A stretch of 63,991 nucleotides of DNA, filler included, from Barthelona sp. PAP020 (lineage: Eukaryota), in the NCBI GenBank assembly GCA_040182905.1. It is 5 parts of 5 records of this genome, joined end to end, with 100 filler letters (N's around TTAATTAATTAA, not from the genome) between each part and the next. Parts side by side here need not be neighbours in the genome. Positions count along the whole stretch, not along the records: positions 53,982 to 63,991 come from JARQWU010000413.1; 4 more parts are not named here. The stretch is one strand, 5' to 3'. The notes under the pieces are model-generated. The model was given only the letters and a program-made list of their open reading frames with translations. It had not been told where the DNA came from and did no database searches. Both the position numbers and the translations under genes were made by a program. Positions within the stretch are counted from its first letter, which is position 1, and every line of letters begins with the position of its first letter. This document shows, piece after piece, positions 63,597 through 63,991 of this stretch.

Positions 63597-63991
63597 AATC
63601 TTTTTGTCATTTGTTCATCTTAAACGTTCATATTTTTTTCATTCATTGCAATTACGTATTTTTATGTGAAAAGTTTTCTTTGGTTCTTTTCAGTTCATTT
63701 GTTCACCGAAATTGGAACTTTAAAAGCTTATGGCTGTGTTTCTATATTTTGTAAACTTTTCCTTTTTGTTATTAAAAAAAACAGCAGAAAAATAAAATTT
63801 TAAGAATTTTTTATCTTCTTTTGAAAATTGTATGTGTGTTGTGTAAAATAAAAATATCAATATTTTTTTGTTTTGAATTGTTTCTTTCTTACATACCAAA
63901 ACCGTATAAAGTACGACCTTGTTTCTTCAAAGCATAAATAACATCGACAGCAGTACAAGTCTTACGATTACCATGAACAGTATAAGTGATG

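Noticed and set aside
1..63991. Alternative nuclear genetic code (stop-codon reassignment)
   Set aside because: Conserved genes are full length under the standard code and end in TAA, TGA or TAG at the expected positions.

Overview
This is AT-rich, gene-dense, intron-poor nuclear DNA of a microbial eukaryote, probably flagellated (CEP120-, OFD1-, XRRA1- and centrin-like genes). It uses the standard genetic code and has short GT-AG introns of 35-38 nt, plus one of 143 nt. The window is not contiguous: five contigs (>=13427, 13398, 13384, 13372 nt and a partial one) are joined in descending size by 100-nt spacers (N44-TTAATTAATTAA-N44), so adjacency across gaps means nothing. Most genes are ordinary eukaryotic ones: tRNA-Glu, a USP deubiquitinase, DDX56, RPL37A, LSm3, SUA5, profilin, a NIPA transporter and malic enzyme. 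Two loci stand out. (1) A tight cluster of three divergent DUF2589-like genes (17090-19068), a family I know mainly from bacteria and with no known function. One copy carries a host-type spliceosomal intron, the three differ in a long Ser/Thr-rich predicted beta-hairpin, and the first sits head-to-head with an LRR gene. (2) A recently duplicated ~2.1-2.2 kb WD40 cassette fused once to a giant multi-pass membrane protein and once to a protein kinase, with radical substitutions concentrated at predicted ligand-binding-face positions. All family assignments come from motif recognition by eye, not database searches.
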